Translations under genes and position numbers: made by a program
Source of the DNA: Acidimicrobiia bacterium
GTDB taxonomy: Bacteria > Actinomycetota > Acidimicrobiia > Spongiisociales > UBA5794
Reading direction: 5' to 3'
Length of the DNA stretch: 35,284 bases
Assembly (NCBI GenBank): GCA_033791245.1
Contig: JASJHC010000403.1
Location: 1 to 35,284, forward strand
Shown: piece after piece, positions 32,932-35,284 of the stretch
Layout: the number at the start of each line of letters is the position of its first letter
Position numbering within the stretch: the stretch's first letter is position 1
The notes under the pieces: generated by a model
What the model was told of the DNA's origin: nothing
Databases searched by the model: none
Seen by the model: only the letters and a program-made list of their open reading frames with translations

Positions 32932-34646
32932 GGTGCCACCGCCGCGGCCGAAACGGTGAACGAGTAGTCGACGATCGTTACTCCGGTCCAGTCAAGGCCA
33001 GCCAGCCGCACTCCGATTTCGCTGCCACCGGTGTCGACAATCTCGACGAAACCGAACTGTCCGCCGCCAGGGAACGCACCTTCGCTATAGGGACCACCCT
33101 TGGCGCTTCCGGGCCGGTCGAGCGCCGCGGCGTGTAGGAGAGGGAAGGCTGCGTTCCCTGCGGCGGAATAGTCGGTGTTGGTGCCGTCGTCGATCGCCAC
33201 CATGTGGGCGTCGCCGGCAACCATCAAAATGTTGTTGATGTCGTGATCTGCGATGAAGTTGGCGAGACGCACCCTTTCGCTGGTGTAGCCACCCCAGTGG
33301 TCCGCCCCCGGTTCGGCAGCGGCAATCCAGGGGACAGAGCTGACAACAATCGTCAGACTATGGGTGGAGGCGGCAGCGAGAAGTTGCTCTTGGAGCCAAC
33401 CGAACTGGGTCGTCCCGAGCATCGTCTTGTCTTTGCTGTCAGTGATCGTGTTTGGATCGCGCATCGAGCGACCATCGAGAAGGATGAACTGAACACGACC
33501 GATACTGAACGTCTGATTGATTGACTCGGCATCAGGCAGGGGGTAGTGAGGCACATAGGAGGTGTAGGCATCGCGGGCGAGGCGCCGGGTCGGCGCGGTT
33601 CTGTCGCTGTCGTTGCCCCCGTAGTCGTGGTCGTCCCACACATAGGCGACCGGCACCGAGGCGAGCAGCGCCGCCTGCGCTGGCTGGGTCAGCGTCTTGT
33701 CGAACGATTCGGTGAATTGTGCTGCGGTTTCCATGTAGTCGGCGTAGAAGAAGTCGCCGGGCACCAGGAACAGATCGGGTTGGGCCTGCAGGATGGTGTC
33801 GTATACAGCGCCGTTGGAGCCGAGCCGAGCGCAGCTGCCAATCGCAACGGTGAAGCTGGCAGCTTGCGATGAGAAGGTGTGGAAAGAACCGCTCCGTTCT
33901 GGACGGAGTATGTCGTCAACGATGAAACTGTAGGTGTAGTTGGTCTTGGGGATCAGTTGGCTCAGCTCGAAACGCCAAACTCCGTCGGTCCCTGCGCCAT
34001 CGATGCTGTGGGATCGACCACCGTCATCGGTGACCACCGCGGTTGTCGTGTTGGCGTCTTCGACCCTGGCAACGATGGTGGCTGAGGTGTCGGTGACGCC
34101 ACCGGTCCACAGCCAGGTCACCGGGGAGTCGGGAAGTGCGGTGCGGTCCGACTCGGGATGTGAAGGCCCGTAGCCATGGTCGTAGAGAGATTGGGCAATC
34201 ACGCTCCCGGTGAATAGCACCATGATCACGACAGTTGCCAGGAAGACGATCGAGGCGACGGACTTGGTGCGGTGCCAGGCAACGAGAAATGCCACCGCGG
34301 GGACAAGGAACACCGCGGCAGGTATAAACGCCAGGAGTGGTTGGTGTTGCAGTGCGGCGAAGACGCCAAGCGAGGCGGCCGCGACGACGAGGATCCCGCC
34401 GCCGATCCCTTCCCAATGCCACGCCACGACGGTGCCGATGGCAAGGATGACGAGGGTGAGCAACTGCGCTTGACGTTCCCACAACTCGAGATCGGGGCCG
34501 TGGGGGAAGCCGACGGTGACGGCGAGCATCACAAAGACCGACACCGCAACCACCGCCCAGGTGCGGGCGAGGCGGCGTGACAGCTGTTCCACACGGTCGG
34601 TTATCGCAACGGCGTGGAGTCCGTGGTCGTTCTCCGACTGGGCCAT
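32928..34646 (-). CDS. PhoD-family alkaline phosphatase/phosphodiesterase fused to an N-terminal five-TM domain
   Basis: The first ~150 residues contain five hydrophobic helices, and the first is preceded by SRRLAR. A PhoD_N-like beta domain follows. The metallophosphatase motifs are IGSCARLG, LVPGDFFYAD, VWDDHDYGGND, ILLDGRS and VAGDAHM. GGAGGGA lies upstream of the ATG. Confidence 0.85.
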   Translation of the reverse strand: MAQSENDHGLHAVAITDRVEQLSRRLARTWAVVAVSVFVMLAVTVGFPHGPDLELWERQAQLLTLVILAIGTVVAWHWEGIGGGILVVAAASLGVFAALQHQPLLAFIPAAVFLVPAVAFLVAWHRTKSVASIVFLATVVIMVLFTGSVIAQSLYDHGYGPSHPESDRTALPDSPVTWLWTGGVTDTSATIVARVEDANTTTAVVTDDGGRSHSIDGAGTDGVWRFELSQLIPKTNYTYSFIVDDILRPERSGSFHTFSSQAASFTVAIGSCARLGSNGAVYDTILQAQPDLFLVPGDFFYADYMETAAQFTESFDKTLTQPAQAALLASVPVAYVWDDHDYGGNDSDRTAPTRRLARDAYTSYVPHYPLPDAESINQTFSIGRVQFILLDGRSMRDPNTITDSKDKTMLGTTQFGWLQEQLLAAASTHSLTIVVSSVPWIAAAEPGADHWGGYTSERVRLANFIADHDINNILMVAGDAHMVAIDDGTNTDYSAAGNAAFPLLHAAALDRPGSAKGGPYSEGAFPGGGQFGFVEIVDTGGSEIGVRLAGLDWTGVTIVDYSFTVSAAAVAP

Positions 34647-34765
34647 AGCGTCCCTCCGGCGTTGCCGGGAGCCGTCCTTATCACCAACGTACGTCGGCAG
34701 GTCGTGGCGGGGATAGGGGACTTACGTCCCGATCGGATGGGGCCGCGGCATTTCTGGATCAATAC

Positions 34766-34794
34766 TTGACACGACTAACAGCATTAGTTACATT
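34766..34794 (+). promoter_or_regulatory. Candidate promoter of the SRPBCC gene (TTGACA-17 bp-TACATT)
   Basis: TTGACA is at 34766-34771 and TACATT at 34789-34794. It lies in a locally AT-rich patch 35 nt upstream of the chosen start codon. Confidence 0.5.
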
Positions 34795-34811
34795 AACTAA
34801 ACAAGTTAGTT
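34774..34811. promoter_or_regulatory. Two operator-like palindromes, ACTAA-N5-TTAGT (34774-34788) and AACTAA-N5-TTAGTT (34795-34811), centres 22 bp apart
   Basis: Read directly. The first lies in the promoter spacer and the second between the -10 and the RBS. The inner half-sites also form TTAGTTA-cat-TAACTAA. Confidence 0.5.
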
Positions 34812-34828
34812 ACGAGGAGGAGGACACC

Positions 34829-35275
34829 TTGAAGAAGCTCACCACGGAGATCATGATCGAAGCCCCGACATCGGTCGTATGGGAGACGCTTGCCGATCTG
34901 GACGAATACGAGGAATGGAACCCGTTTATCGTCTCGATCGAGGGTCGGGTCGAAGAGGGATCGCAGCTAAGGGCCCGCATGCAGCCACCGGGTGGCATGG
35001 CGACCACTTTCAAACCGACGGTGACGGCGGTTGAGCACAACCGGTACTTCGAATGGCTTGGCCATCTCGGAATCCGCGGCCTGTTTGATGGCCGGCACCA
35101 GTTCAAACTCGAGGAAGTGGGCGAGGGGACTATGTTCACCCAAAGCGAAGAGTTCACCGGGATTCTGGCACCGCTGTTGATGAGGCTGATCGGGTCTAAG
35201 ACCGAGGCCGGATTCGAAGCGATGAACGAGGCACTCAAGACCCGGGTTGAGCAGGTTGTTGGCGAAAGAGGCTGA
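34829..35275 (+). CDS. SRPBCC (START/Bet v1-like, polyketide-cyclase-type fold) family protein
   Basis: I chose TTG 34829, which lies 4-5 nt after GAGGAGGAGGA. This gives MKKLTTEIMIEAPTSVVWETLADLDEYEEWNPF..., a typical SRPBCC N-terminus. Confidence 0.8.
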   Translation: MKKLTTEIMIEAPTSVVWETLADLDEYEEWNPFIVSIEGRVEEGSQLRARMQPPGGMATTFKPTVTAVEHNRYFEWLGHLGIRGLFDGRHQFKLEEVGEGTMFTQSEEFTGILAPLLMRLIGSKTEAGFEAMNEALKTRVEQVVGERG

Positions 35276-35284
35276 TGGGAAAGA

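Noticed and set aside
34766-34828. TTG 34766 as the start of the SRPBCC gene (169-aa version)
   Set aside because: That TTG is better explained as part of a TTGACA -35 box. The extra 21 codons cross the AT-rich operator region. A strong GAGGAGGAGGA ribosome-binding site immediately precedes TTG 34829.
1-35284. Search by eye for CRISPR arrays, tRNA/rRNA genes, IS elements, integrases, toxin-antitoxin pairs, reverse transcriptases and known defence-system ATPases or nucleases
   Set aside because: I found no regularly spaced direct repeats, no cloverleaf-like sequences in intergenic regions, and no transposase-, integrase- or RT-like ORFs. The only repeats are the two tandem arrays reported above.

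Overview
This is a high-GC, actinobacterial-type chromosomal window; the taxon is inferred from gene order and protein families only. It opens in the origin-proximal block yidC(partial)-jag-rsmG-parA-parB, which carries a perfect parS. The minus strand then holds the conserved neighbourhood cwlM-trxA-trxB, a small membrane protein, an anti-sigma/ECF sigma pair, a stand-alone MviN-type pseudokinase and a GNAT. Next come an orphan PilT-like ATPase, a Zn-ribbon-RNase HI fusion translationally coupled to the CCA-adding enzyme, a tandem repeat at a convergent gene junction, a membrane protein and a decayed acyl-CoA dehydrogenase. That pseudogene directly abuts a YjjI-family glycyl-radical enzyme with its YjjW-type activase. 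Further right are a GT-C glycosyltransferase, an argC-J-B-R-G-H operon (no argD or argF) with a consensus promoter and an ARG-box-like palindrome, a lipoprotein, and a VOC/glyoxalase gene. A roughly 760-bp non-coding stretch follows, with two tandem 70-bp hairpin units and a tiny Glu/Arg-rich ORF, and then a divergent ald/Lrp pair. The best candidates for something undescribed are two. One is the tightly coupled four-gene minus-strand operon at 29437-34646: a polytopic-membrane PhoD-type phosphatase, an 863-aa dikinase with rifampicin-phosphotransferase-like architecture, and two small membrane proteins. The other is the YjjI/YjjW glycyl-radical pair. The window ends with an SRPBCC gene behind an AT-rich promoter carrying two operator palindromes. 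I recognised no rRNA, tRNA, CRISPR array, transposase or integrase. All family assignments come from motif recognition by eye, not from database searches.
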